Counted from the first letter of the stretch, positions 29,528 to 39,184 are shown. The stretch is 64,000 bases of DNA from Dehalococcoidia bacterium (GCA_965197645.1 OZ240219.1:736001-800000), one strand, 5' to 3'. Program-made: numbers and translations. Notes: generated by a model not told the origin, from the letters alone.

Positions 29528-30565
29528 CTACGGCTTTACGGCCGTCACCAGCGAGAATATCCCGGGCAAAGGTATCTGCTTGGGAGAGATGAAGCCGGCC
29601 TCCGTGAGGGTCTCCGCCATTTCGTCGCCGGACTGCGATTCACCTTCCCCGCCGTACATCACTGCGCCCATGAGGCTGCTCAGCGCCGGGCAAGCGGTCG
29701 TTTCGGTGTAAGGGCCCATGATCATGTCGTCCTGGATCATGATCAAACCCCCGGATGCCATGCTCTCATAGGACTTCCTGCACACAAGCCGGCATACCTC
29801 CAGAGACTCCAGTAGTAGTACTCCCGAGATCAACACTACATCGTACCCCGTGCCGAAGGCATCAGTAAGGAAGTTCCCTGCCAGTGTTGAGATTCGCTGG
29901 GACAACCCCTGGGCTTCTACCAGAGACTGGGCAATGGGCAGGGCCTTTTCCTGATCGAAGACTACCCCCTCCAGCTCAGGGTACTTTTGGCAAAAGGCGA
30001 TGGTGTAGACGCCGGACCCGCCGGCCACGTCCAGAAGTTTCCTCTTACCCGTCAGGTCGGTGCTCTGCAGGAGCTGGTCCTGCTGCCCGGATGCGCCCCA
30101 CTGATGCATGGCCATCATGTAGTGGCGCCAGTAGGCCGATTCCTCCTCTTCAGAGTTGAACTCCGGCTCGTGGGCGATGGGCGTTCCCGTGCGCACGCCG
30201 GAATCAAGCTGGTCCCAGAGGGCCCACTGCCCCGTCCAGTAGGTAAACAGATCGCCATAGTACTTGGGTTTCCCTTTTACCAGGTAAGTACCGCTCTCTT
30301 CGCTGTTCCGGTACTCGTCGCCCGCCTTTTCCAACAGACCTATGGCCACACAGGCATTGAGCAACAGCTCCGTGTATCGATGGTGCGATCCAACCAGGTC
30401 CGCCACCCTCGCCGAGGTCAACTGTTCCCCATACAACTTGGTAAACAGCTCCAGCCTGATGGCGGCCTGCGCCGTGCCGATGGCCCACATCGCCCGAGAC
30501 AGCTGGGATACCAGGGGCGGTTCGGCCTTGTTGGCTATCTTGGAAAAGACTTCCCCTATGTTCAT
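29528..30565 (-). CDS. SAM-dependent O-methyltransferase with N-terminal dimerisation domain
   Basis: LLDVAGGSG SAM motif, AGNFL, N-terminal AAIRLELFTKL helix region. Confidence 0.9.
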   Translation of the reverse strand: MNIGEVFSKIANKAEPPLVSQLSRAMWAIGTAQAAIRLELFTKLYGEQLTSARVADLVGSHHRYTELLLNACVAIGLLEKAGDEYRNSEESGTYLVKGKPKYYGDLFTYWTGQWALWDQLDSGVRTGTPIAHEPEFNSEEEESAYWRHYMMAMHQWGASGQQDQLLQSTDLTGKRKLLDVAGGSGVYTIAFCQKYPELEGVVFDQEKALPIAQSLVEAQGLSQRISTLAGNFLTDAFGTGYDVVLISGVLLLESLEVCRLVCRKSYESMASGGLIMIQDDMIMGPYTETTACPALSSLMGAVMYGGEGESQSGDEMAETLTEAGFISPKQIPLPGIFSLVTAVKP

Positions 30566-30809
30566 GGGTCTCCTCAAACGGGCTTGTCTCTCGTTTTGGA
30601 AAATAGAGGCTCTACGGTGACTATCTTACCCTACCGGCGATGAAAACGTCCCTGGGTCCGCATGAGGGCACTATCGCCCCGGCAGTTTCAATGCCTCTCC
30701 TCATCCGCGATGGTCAAGGTGGTAAAATCCTCGCCGGGACAGCTTCTCTCCGGCGGCCCGGAGGCTGGATTCCGAGACGTGCCCACAGGGGACTTGACGC
30801 GGTGAAAAC

Positions 30810-32066
30810 GTGACCGGCATCAACATATCGAACTCTCAAGCAAGGCGCATAGCCGTCTTCAAGCAGCGCCTCACCGGCCCTCGGCCACCGTCCACCGCCG
30901 ACGCCATCGTGGACCTGATTCGAGACCTGGGTTGCGTTCAGATCGACCCTATTCGCGCCGTCGAGCGGACCCAGCACCTGGTCCTATGGAGCCGGTTGAG
31001 CGGCTACGATCCTTCGCAACTGGACGTAGCTCTTTGGGAGGAGCGGCGCCTGTTCGAGTACTGGGCCCACGCCGCGTCCATAGTCCTCACGGAAAATTAC
31101 CAGATACACAGGTCCCAGATGGAGGCTAACCGCGTCAGCGACCGTGCATGGGAAAAAGAGAACCGGAACTGGATGGAGGGTCAGGAGGAGCTCCGTGAGC
31201 GGGTAATCGAATCTCTGAGAGAGAGTCCGCCGCTGTCGGCAGCCCAGCTCAGCACGCCCGATTCGACGAAGCGCCGCAGCGAGCCGGGTGGCTGGAGCAT
31301 GGGTTCCGACGTCAGCCGGTTGCTGTCTACTCTCTGGACCCGGGGCGAGCTGATGATCGCAGGGCGCAACAATCAGACTCGCCTGTGGACGCTGCCGGAC
31401 CGGTGGCTGCCCGATTGGGTCCCGGATGGCGACCTATCGGAGCGGGAAGTGGCCCGTCGTGCGGTGCAGATATCGCTGAAGGCGCTGGGCGTCGGAACAC
31501 CGGTACACATACGAAACCACTTCGTCCGCGCCCACTACCCGGGCCTCAACGAGGTGCTGGCCGAGCTGGTGAGCGAAGGCCAGGTGAGACCAGTGACTGT
31601 AGAGGATGACGATGGCACCTGGTCGGGCGACTGGTTCATTCACGCTGACGACGTCCCGCTGCTGGAACGGCTGGGCGAGGAGTGGGAACCAAGGACCACT
31701 CTGCTATCGCCCTTCGACAACCTGGTATGCGACCGCTCCCGGACGCTGGCCATGTGGGACTTCGATTTCACCATCGAGATATACCTTCCCAAATCGCAGC
31801 GCCGGTACGGATACTACGTGATGCCCATTCTTCACGGAGACCGGCTGGTCGGACGGATCGATCCCAAGATGGACCGGTCGACGGGCACGCTCATCGTCAA
31901 TGCCGTCTACGCAGAGCCCAGCACCCGAGAAGACGTCGGGATAGCCGAGGGCACGGCCCGCTCAATCGAAGACTTGGGGAGGTTCCTGGGCGCCCGTCGC
32001 GTGAAGTACGGGCGGCGTAAGCCTCCAGGGTGGCGTCCGTACCTGCGCACGGGAAAGCTCCCTTGA
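30810..32066 (+). CDS. YcaQ/AlkZ-like interstrand crosslink repair DNA glycosylase
   Basis: QID motif, LFEYWAHAAS, LLSPFDNL, RRYGYYVMPIL. Confidence 0.9.
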   Translation: MTGINISNSQARRIAVFKQRLTGPRPPSTADAIVDLIRDLGCVQIDPIRAVERTQHLVLWSRLSGYDPSQLDVALWEERRLFEYWAHAASIVLTENYQIHRSQMEANRVSDRAWEKENRNWMEGQEELRERVIESLRESPPLSAAQLSTPDSTKRRSEPGGWSMGSDVSRLLSTLWTRGELMIAGRNNQTRLWTLPDRWLPDWVPDGDLSEREVARRAVQISLKALGVGTPVHIRNHFVRAHYPGLNEVLAELVSEGQVRPVTVEDDDGTWSGDWFIHADDVPLLERLGEEWEPRTTLLSPFDNLVCDRSRTLAMWDFDFTIEIYLPKSQRRYGYYVMPILHGDRLVGRIDPKMDRSTGTLIVNAVYAEPSTREDVGIAEGTARSIEDLGRFLGARRVKYGRRKPPGWRPYLRTGKLP

Positions 32067-32083
32067 ATGAAAGCCTGGGCTGA

Positions 32084-32481
32084 GATTGCCACGCCCCGAC
32101 TTTGTCGGGTCTCGTAATGACGAGGTGGTCGTTGCGAGCGAGGGGAGAGTTAGCCCTGGGGGGTGGAAGAGGGCGAAGCAATCTGGGTCGGAGGGGTATA
32201 TGCCCCTGCCAGTCAACAGCCAGGCCTGGCTAGATTGCCACGCCCCGACTTCGTCGGGTCTCGCAATGACGAGGTGGTCGTTGCGAGCAACGGGGGAGGT
32301 CGTCTTGAGGGAGTCGAAGGGAGCGAAGCAATCTGGGCCGGGGGGGTATATGCCCCTGCCAGTCAACAGCCAGACCTGACTAGATTGCCACGCCCCGACT
32401 TCGTCGGGTCTCGCAATGACGAGGTGGTCGTTGCGAGCGATGGGAGAGTTAGCCCTGGGGGTGGAAGAGGGCGAAGCAATG
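32084..32481. repeat. Three tandem ~150-bp family A units
   Basis: Arms at 32084-32121, 32233-32270 and 32383-32420, each followed by GTCGTTGCGAGC..GCGAAGCAAT. Confidence 0.92.
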
Positions 32482-32514
32482 TGGGCCGGAGGAAGGGAAG
32501 GCACGCCTCATTTT

Positions 32515-34152
32515 TCAGACGGGCGACAGTCCCGTTTCGGAGATCTCCAGCACGTCGCCTTTGAAGTGATCGATGAACCAGCGGTCGTGGGAGGCGGCTA
32601 TCACCGGGCCGGGCCACTCAGCAACCGTAGCTTCGAACGCTTCGAGGACATCCAGGCTCAGGTAGTTGGTAGGCTCGTCCAGGATCAGCAGGTTGGGCTC
32701 CGAGGCGATGAGGCGAGCGATCTCCACCTTTCTCAGCTGACCAACGCTCAGCTGGCGCAGGGTCTTGCCGATGTCGTCTTCCCGGAACAGGCCGTATCGC
32801 AGCAGGTCAAAAGTGAAGTCCCCCTGGTATCCCACCAGGCCTTCCCGGTACGCTTCCAGCACGGTACGTCCAAGGTCGTCGAACAGGGACTCCTGGGGCA
32901 GGTATCCCGCCCGCGCTCTCGGTGCGAAGGCGATCTCTCCCTCGTCCGGCGCTTCGTCGCCGGCCAGGATGCGCAGCAGGGTGGTCTTACCGGACCCGTT
33001 GGGGCCGACTATCGCGACCCTGGAATCGCGATTCAATGTGAGGTCCAGGTCGTTCAAGATACAATTAGAGCCGTACCGCTTGGTCACCCCGGTAGCCTTG
33101 GCGACGATGGCAGACCGGATGGATAGCGGCGTCAGCCCGGCCGTAACTTTCAAAGGCCGGGGCGGCTTGGGTACCGGGTCCTGCATGATTCGCTTGAGGC
33201 GCTCCTCGGCGGCGCGCACGCCTCGGGACACGCTCTCCTGCGCCCGCTCCGCCTTGTAGTTGGGGATGTACTTGTCCCGATCCCTGGGCGTGCGGGTGGC
33301 CCGGACGGCACGACCGCCCGTCTTGACGGTCCTCCTCAGAGCGCTGATCTCCTCCTGTTGCTGCTCGTAATCGGCTTCCCATTTCTTTCTACGGGCGTCC
33401 TTGGCCGACCGGTAGGCATCGTAGTTGCCGGGGTATCTCTCGATCTCGTGGCTATGCTCGTCGATTTCGTAGATCTGGGTTGCCAGGCTGTTCAAGAACC
33501 GCCGGTCGTGGGATGCCGCTAGGATCGACTTTCCGAACTGGCGCAGATAGGTTTCGAGCCACTCGAGGCCGCTCCGGTCGAGGTGATTAGTCGGTTCGTC
33601 CAGCAGGAGCAGGTCGGGGTCGGTCAGCAGGAGCATGGCGAGGTTAACCCGCGCCCGCTCTCCCCCCGACAGGCTGTGCACGCTCCTCGTCCGCTCGATA
33701 TGGGCGATGCCCAGACCTTCGAGCACGATCTCTATCCTGTGATCGAGCTCGTATCCTCCCCGCTCCTGGAACACGGTGGAGATTTCTCCGTACTCTTCCA
33801 GCAGGCGCGCAAGCTCTTCGCCGGCAGCATCCGACATCGCATTCTCGATGCTTCGCATGCGCTGGCCCATCTGCTGGAGATCTCCGACCGACGCTTGAAG
33901 CAGCTCATCGATGGTCCTGCCTTGGAAATCGGGAATCGTTTGGGGAAGGTAGGCGACCATCGCCGAAGTTGGGAGGGTCACCCGCCCCGAGTCCTGCGGC
34001 TCCCGACCGGCCAGGATCTTCAGGAGCGTTGTCTTCCCGACGCCGTTGGCCCCGACGAGTCCCGCCTTCTCTCCAGGGCCCAGGGAGAACGAGACCTTTT
34101 GAAGGACCGTGGTTGGGCCGTACGATTTGGATAGATTGTTGACCGTTAGCAA
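32515..34152 (-). CDS. ABC-F family ATPase (possible ribosome protection protein)
   Basis: Two NBDs (GANGVGKT, LSGGE, LDEPTNHLD; GPNGSGKT, LSVGQ, LDEPTN), long linker, no TM segments. Confidence 0.92.
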   Translation of the reverse strand: MLTVNNLSKSYGPTTVLQKVSFSLGPGEKAGLVGANGVGKTTLLKILAGREPQDSGRVTLPTSAMVAYLPQTIPDFQGRTIDELLQASVGDLQQMGQRMRSIENAMSDAAGEELARLLEEYGEISTVFQERGGYELDHRIEIVLEGLGIAHIERTRSVHSLSGGERARVNLAMLLLTDPDLLLLDEPTNHLDRSGLEWLETYLRQFGKSILAASHDRRFLNSLATQIYEIDEHSHEIERYPGNYDAYRSAKDARRKKWEADYEQQQEEISALRRTVKTGGRAVRATRTPRDRDKYIPNYKAERAQESVSRGVRAAEERLKRIMQDPVPKPPRPLKVTAGLTPLSIRSAIVAKATGVTKRYGSNCILNDLDLTLNRDSRVAIVGPNGSGKTTLLRILAGDEAPDEGEIAFAPRARAGYLPQESLFDDLGRTVLEAYREGLVGYQGDFTFDLLRYGLFREDDIGKTLRQLSVGQLRKVEIARLIASEPNLLILDEPTNYLSLDVLEAFEATVAEWPGPVIAASHDRWFIDHFKGDVLEISETGLSPV

Positions 34153-34346
34153 AGTGATAGCCTCGTTCCAGCTGGAGACGCGCAGAGAGCGATAGTGGGG
34201 CTACTTGGTACAGTCGGAGACCGGTCGGTGCAGCGATGGTGAAGGGCCGGAGCTGCGACGTCGGCTATAACGAATCCGTGGAAGATTCGTCTGGGCGGGA
34301 CGTGGCCGCGGCGATCACGTCCCGGGTCCGCTCAGCCGCTATGTGT

Positions 34347-34361
34347 CTAGCGAGGTCTCAT
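34347..34361 (-). promoter_or_regulatory. Putative leader ORF MRPR in the ABC-F 5' UTR
   Basis: ATG AGA CCT CGC TAG downstream of an extended -10 TGCTATAAT (hexamer 34389-34394), followed by several hairpins. Confidence 0.45.
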
Positions 34362-34429
34362 CACTCCACCCTGTGAGGGTGGAGCTTGATTATAGCACGG
34401 GGGGGGGGGTGACATTGCGTTGAGGGGGG
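34353..34429 (-). repeat. Promoter-hairpin module, copy 1
   Basis: Aligns with 35366-35444. Confidence 0.75.
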
Positions 34430-34566
34430 CAGATGAGAGGTCGTTGTAGCCTTGCCCATAGCTACAAGCCGGGCAATCGTGTCTCTCTGGGGATTTCTGG
34501 CATTCCGGCGCAGTCACTGGCTAAACACGTCGGTGGGCAAAATGGTGGTCATCCCCGCATTGTCCG

Positions 34567-35112
34567 TTACCGACAGGCGTCGGGTTCGCGGTCATGTTCT
34601 CCCCCGGCAGCTAACTGTGGTGGGTAGTATTCCATTATCCGGGCTATCTCATCAATGACTTCGCTCAGCGTAGGGAACTGGAAGCGTTCCAGTTTCTCGT
34701 AGCCGATTTGTTCTCCCGTCTGTGGGTTGAAGACCCTGTGGTGATAATCTTGATCACGCTCATGGACATTATGATATCGCAGTACTGGAGTTTCGAGCTG
34801 TCCATGCCTCCGAGGAATCCACGCGACGTATCGGTATCTTACCCCGCGAACTTTGCGCCTGCCGGCAACGGTTTGGGCCTCAAGTGTCTTCTCGACTTCT
34901 AAAACGACGTTCTGCTGGCAGAACACCCGTCCTGTCAGGACGATGAGGTCGGGATGACTCTCTTCATACCTGAGAGTATGAGGCTTGCTTGAGTTTATGA
35001 ACTCATGGGCGTCGAGGCGCTTTTCGTGGATGAGCTTATAGTTTTCCCAGTTGTTCCATTGGTGCGGGTCTGGTTTCTCAAGTATTCCAGCACGTGATAG
35101 TCGGACATCCAC
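34567..35112 (-). CDS. TumE/DUF6516-like putative toxin
   Basis: YRY...VLRYHNVH...YHHR...PTLSEVIDEI pattern; overlaps the upstream small gene; start uncertain. Confidence 0.6.
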   Translation of the reverse strand: MDVRLSRAGILEKPDPHQWNNWENYKLIHEKRLDAHEFINSSKPHTLRYEESHPDLIVLTGRVFCQQNVVLEVEKTLEAQTVAGRRKVRGVRYRYVAWIPRRHGQLETPVLRYHNVHERDQDYHHRVFNPQTGEQIGYEKLERFQFPTLSEVIDEIARIMEYYPPQLAAGGEHDREPDACR

Positions 35113-35264
35113 CTAAGCTTCTCCGCGGTCTCCCGCTCAGTGCCATGTGACAGGGCTTTCGCCATATCACGGGAGTGCATTTCATAGCGATTCTCGTATT
35201 TGGAGATGCGATCCTCCAGTATCTCGCTCATCTTCTCGTCCATGGTAAGAAAGGGGATCTCCAT
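34995..35264 (-). CDS. TumA-like putative antitoxin
   Basis: Strong SD AGGAGGAGG; RISKYENRYEMHS...W pattern; 89 aa. Confidence 0.55.
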   Translation of the reverse strand: MEIPFLTMDEKMSEILEDRISKYENRYEMHSRDMAKALSHGTERETAEKLRWMSDYHVLEYLRNQTRTNGTTGKTISSSTKSASTPMSS

Positions 35265-35365
35265 GTTCCTCCTCCTTTGCTACTGTGCAGATAATAACTC
35301 TACGGCTACACAGCGAGTGGAGTTGGGTGTTCCCGTCGCTCTCTAGTAGGACCGACTCTGGTGTC

Positions 35366-35444
35366 AGGTCTCATCATTCCACCCGTGGAGGGTGGACCGC
35401 AAGTATAGCATGGGGGGGAGTGGGCTGATATTGCGTTGGGGGGG
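35366..35444 (-). repeat. Promoter-hairpin module, copy 2
   Basis: Aligns with 34353-34429; TGCTATACT extended -10. Confidence 0.75.
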
Positions 35445-35507
35445 ATGGGTGGGCGTTCCAGTATCGGATTGTGATATGTGGAGCGGTCTGCCGGGATTAA
35501 CCGTAGC

Positions 35508-36101
35508 CTATCTTGAGGAATCCTCTGATGATTCCCACGGCTCAACTCCCGAATTGTTGAACCCCTGGAAGAAGGATACTCTCTTGCCTCTAACCATACC
35601 CTCGGCAGAACGCCAGTCTACGTCGATGTCGGGAGATTGCCCATCTCCCCATGACGTATTCGTATTCGCACCTGAAATGCGGTCTCTCCAGTTGTTAGCG
35701 CTGTGACAGAAGCCTACTTTTCCCGACCACCTGCCGAGTTCAGCATAGGACCACTTTTCTCCATCATAGAGAAATCCCAGAACGCTGGTGTCGTACCCTC
35801 TGGGATTTTGGACACGCCGTGGTGTATCGGGAATCAAAAGAACTTCTTGAGGAGTGCCGTGGATCGCATCCTCATATTTCACAAGCTCGGGGAAACGAGG
35901 AACGGCATCCCACTTCAGGCCTCCCTTGCATTCAACGTACACGGTAGTGTCGCCTCTGAGAACGAAGTCCGGCCGCCATCCGCCAAGCGGATGCTTCGCC
36001 TGTTCCCATCTCCAGCCATATCTATTGAACAAAGCTGCACAGGTAGCTTCATGAAACGTGTCGAATTCATTGTTTTGGAACCGTATCTTTTCCGTGTTCA
36101 T
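35508..36101 (-). CDS. PD-(D/E)xK nuclease-like protein
   Basis: EATCAALF..GWRWE..WRPDF..YVECKG motif; lower GC. Confidence 0.7.
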   Translation of the reverse strand: MNTEKIRFQNNEFDTFHEATCAALFNRYGWRWEQAKHPLGGWRPDFVLRGDTTVYVECKGGLKWDAVPRFPELVKYEDAIHGTPQEVLLIPDTPRRVQNPRGYDTSVLGFLYDGEKWSYAELGRWSGKVGFCHSANNWRDRISGANTNTSWGDGQSPDIDVDWRSAEGMVRGKRVSFFQGFNNSGVEPWESSEDSSR

Positions 36102-36198
36102 GCTACTCTCCCTCTATACTTTGGCGAGGCTTAACCTCTTGCTGACGCCGACCACGTTCTGGTCTCCTTGCTGCTTAACCGAGTCGGTGGGTGGAATG

Positions 36199-36285
36199 TG
36201 GTGCCGAAGCCCGGACTCGAACCGGGACAGGGTTTCCCCCAACGGTTTTTGAGACCGTCGCGTCTGCCAATTCCGCCACTTCGGC
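36199..36285 (-). tRNA. tRNA-Leu (CAA)
   Basis: GCCGAAG/CTTCGGC acceptor, ACGGT-CTCAAAA-ACCGT, long variable arm, CCA. Confidence 0.96.
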
Positions 36286-36370
36286 CTATAAAAGGCTGCT
36301 GAAATACCCCCCGGCAAAGGGGCTTTGCCCCTCTGCACACCCCGTACTTCATCAACCCCTTAAAATGAAA

Positions 36371-36446
<76 letters not shown>

Positions 36447-36503
36447 AACCGGTTGCATTCCTAGTTTAGCCCGTCGAGGCGTCGGTTCTCAACCCCCACT
36501 AAA

Positions 36504-36646
36504 GAGTGTGTCTCAAAGAGCCGGGCCTCTTTGTCCCGCCCACCCGCCCTGGAACGGTTTTGTAAATGGGGGCACATCCCCCAGGCCCCCTGCCAGAGGG
36601 AAGTATCCCTCTGGACTCCCTGAAATCAGGGTTCTGAGACAATCTC
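36504..36646. mobile_element. MITE-like family B copy (~143 bp)
   Basis: TIRs GAGTGTGTCTCAAA / rc GAGATTGTCTCAGAA around the family B core. Confidence 0.7.
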
Positions 36647-36736
36647 TATACCGCCTTCCATCGTGTTATACTAGGCGCCGACTAGTGAAACGAGTCTATC
36701 CATAGCGAAACACCTGGCACTGTTTCAGACAACCCC

Positions 36737-37756
36737 ATGGCCCAAGTCCTCTACGTAACGTCCACCGAATCCCGCACCGGTAAGACCGCTTTGGCCGCAT
36801 CGCTGGTCGCCGGCTGGCAGGAAGCAGGCCGCAAGGTCGAGTACCTGCGACTGGCCCGGGGCTCCTCGTCGGGTGACGAAGAGTTCCTGTTCGCCCGGCA
36901 GGCCCTCGGCCTAGGAGGCGAGCCGGACCAGCCATCGATCATATCGGTGGGCTCCAGCTCAGCCGAGGCCGCTCTGGAGCAGCTGAGCCCGAGGGTGGAG
37001 CAGGCCGCCGCGGACGCCGACATTGTGGTCATAGAGAGCCCGGAGGCCTTTGCCAATATCTCTCCGGCCATCGTCGAGGCCCTCCAGGCGAAGGTCGCTC
37101 TGGTGATCCGCTATGTTCGAGGGATGGAGACCGACCAGGTTCTCACCGCAGCCCAGCCCTACGGCGACTCCCTAGCCGGAGTGGTACTAAACGCCGTGCC
37201 CAAGCTCGGCTGGCGCATCGCCACAACCGAGTTCTCGCCGGCACTGACCGAGGCCGGTGTGACGGTGTTGGGGATGGTGCCCGAGAGCCGGGTCTCGCTG
37301 GGCATAACCGTCGATTCCCTGGTGGAACGGCTGGGCGCCCAGTACGCCTTCGAAGGGGAGAACGGCAGCTCCCTGGTGGAGAACTTCCTCATCGGGGCCA
37401 ACGTGCTGGACGCCGCGGGCTATCCCGCCGGGCCTCTATACTTCGGGAGGATGGAGCAGAAGGCCGTCATCGCCAAGGGCGATAGACCCGATTTCCACTG
37501 GGCGGCCATGGACGCCGACACGCTGTGCGTGATCCTCACCGGCAACCACCAACCGATCCCCTACGTGCTGGAAAAGGCCAAGGAGACGAAGGTCCCCCTG
37601 GCCGTGGTGGAAAAGGACACCCTGGACACCATGGCCGAGGTTGAGCAGATCCTGGCCGAGGCCCGGTTGGACGCGCCCGTCAAGCTGGAGAGACTCAGGG
37701 ACCTCTTCGTCGGCAACGTGGACCTGGACGCTATCAACTCCGCCCTGGGTATCTAG
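36737..37756 (+). CDS. Phosphotransacetylase N-terminal-like (BioD-like AAA + DRTGG) protein
   Basis: STESRTGKT P-loop; KAVIAKGDRPD..CVILTG DRTGG domain. Confidence 0.85.
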   Translation: MAQVLYVTSTESRTGKTALAASLVAGWQEAGRKVEYLRLARGSSSGDEEFLFARQALGLGGEPDQPSIISVGSSSAEAALEQLSPRVEQAAADADIVVIESPEAFANISPAIVEALQAKVALVIRYVRGMETDQVLTAAQPYGDSLAGVVLNAVPKLGWRIATTEFSPALTEAGVTVLGMVPESRVSLGITVDSLVERLGAQYAFEGENGSSLVENFLIGANVLDAAGYPAGPLYFGRMEQKAVIAKGDRPDFHWAAMDADTLCVILTGNHQPIPYVLEKAKETKVPLAVVEKDTLDTMAEVEQILAEARLDAPVKLERLRDLFVGNVDLDAINSALGI

Positions 37757-37852
37757 CCCGTTCGTCGTTCCCATTATTGTTCCCCACAGGCCCTTTTGAT
37801 ATAATTCGCGCCTGTTCGCTGCGCGGGCAAATCCACACAGGGGGGCGGGTGA

Positions 37853-38209
37853 TTGAATGTCCTAGGCACTCACATTCTGCTGGATCTCAAAGACTGCGAT
37901 AGAGAAATCCTAGACGACCAACCCCTCGTCAAGGAAGCCCTCGTATCCACTGCCAACGAAGCCGGAGCAAAGACACTGGGCGAGTCCTTCCACAAGCTTC
38001 ACCCCCGGAGCGTCACCGGCGTCCCTCCCATCTCCGAGTCTCACCTCTCCGTCCACACAGCCGCCGTAGACGTCTTCACCCGTAGCAAGTCCATCGATGC
38101 CGACCGCGTCGTCGACCACCTCGTAGCGAGGTTCAAGTCCAGGAATCCCGCCGTCACCAAGCTGGACAGGGGGGTGCTTGCCCCTAACAAAGTCGAAGCA
38201 GCCGACTAG
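37853..38209 (+). CDS. speD: S-adenosylmethionine decarboxylase proenzyme, degenerate (possibly inactive)
   Basis: GTHILLDL, SESHLSVHT present, but WPExGY is missing and FTC reads FTR; upstream of speE. Confidence 0.75.
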   Translation: MNVLGTHILLDLKDCDREILDDQPLVKEALVSTANEAGAKTLGESFHKLHPRSVTGVPPISESHLSVHTAAVDVFTRSKSIDADRVVDHLVARFKSRNPAVTKLDRGVLAPNKVEAAD

Positions 38210-38224
38210 GCGCCGGTCGAACAG

Positions 38225-39139
38225 ATGGAGAGGGAAAGCAACACCTGGTTCCGCGAGGCCCTCTCCGAAAACGTCTACCAGGAATGCCTGCTCCTCGATA
38301 CCGTCCACTCCGTCCAAAGCCCGTACCAGTGGATCCAGGTCCTGGACACGTCCCCCTACGGTCGGATGCTGGTCCTCGACGGCAAGACCCAGTCCGCGGA
38401 ATCCGACGAGTTCATCTACCACGAAGCCCTGGTCCATCCTGCACTGATCGCGCACCCCAACCCCCAGCGGGTGTTCATCGCCGGCGGCGGGGAAGGGGCC
38501 ACGCTGCGTGAAGTGCTGGCCCACAACACGGTTACCCAAGCCGTTATGGTCGATATCGACGAGCAGGTGATCGAGGTTTCCCGGAAGTATCTCCCCGGCT
38601 GGCACCGTGGTGCCTTCGACGATCCGCGCGCCGAGATCCGTTACGAGGACGCCCGAAAGCCCCTGCTGGAATCAACGGAGCAGTACGACGTCATCCTCAT
38701 AGACCTATCGGACCCCGTGGAAGGGAACCCCTCGGCCCCCCTCTTCACCAGGGAGTTCTACGAAATGGCGTTGGAGCGGCTGACCTCCACAGGCATGATC
38801 AGCCTCCAGGCCGAGTCTACCGAACACATGATGAACGAGGCTTACACCGGCATCTGTAACACGGTAAAGGCCGTCTTCCCCACGGTGTTCCCCTACACCA
38901 TAGGCGTCCCCTCCTTCGGGGTAGAGTGGGGATTTGTCATGGCCGCCAAGTCGCATGAGGTAGTTCTTCCCTCCGCCGAAGAGGTGGACAAGGCGATAGT
39001 GGCCAGGGTCACCTCCAAGCTGCGGGCTTACGACGGCGAGTCCCACATGCGCATGTTCTCGCTGCCGCTCCAGCTCAGGGACGCCCTCGCCGCCGAGACC
39101 AAGGTCATCACCGAGAGCGATCCCCTGGTGGTGGCCTGA
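38225..39139 (+). CDS. speE: Polyamine aminopropyltransferase (spermidine synthase)
   Basis: LVLDGKTQ..DEFIYHEALVH, GGGEGATLREV, DLSDP. Confidence 0.95.
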   Translation: MERESNTWFREALSENVYQECLLLDTVHSVQSPYQWIQVLDTSPYGRMLVLDGKTQSAESDEFIYHEALVHPALIAHPNPQRVFIAGGGEGATLREVLAHNTVTQAVMVDIDEQVIEVSRKYLPGWHRGAFDDPRAEIRYEDARKPLLESTEQYDVILIDLSDPVEGNPSAPLFTREFYEMALERLTSTGMISLQAESTEHMMNEAYTGICNTVKAVFPTVFPYTIGVPSFGVEWGFVMAAKSHEVVLPSAEEVDKAIVARVTSKLRAYDGESHMRMFSLPLQLRDALAAETKVITESDPLVVA

Positions 39140-39184
39140 GACGGGCTACATGCCCATCCCACCCGGGTTAGTTTGCCCTCCATC

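Noticed and set aside
32084-32481. Tandem repeat clusters (also 3755-4100, 24800-25065) as CRISPR arrays
   Set aside because: Units are 150-174 bp with near-identical intervening sequence, not unique spacers, and there are no cas genes in the window.
34353-34365. TGATGAG in the duplicated module as a hammerhead ribozyme core
   Set aside because: Lacks the C of CUGAUGA and a suitably placed GAAA with stem II.
34444-34476. Interleaved inverted repeats TTGTAGC/GCTACAA and TTGCCC/GGGCAA as a pseudoknot
   Set aside because: The connecting loop is too short on either strand for both stems to coexist, and there is no other support.
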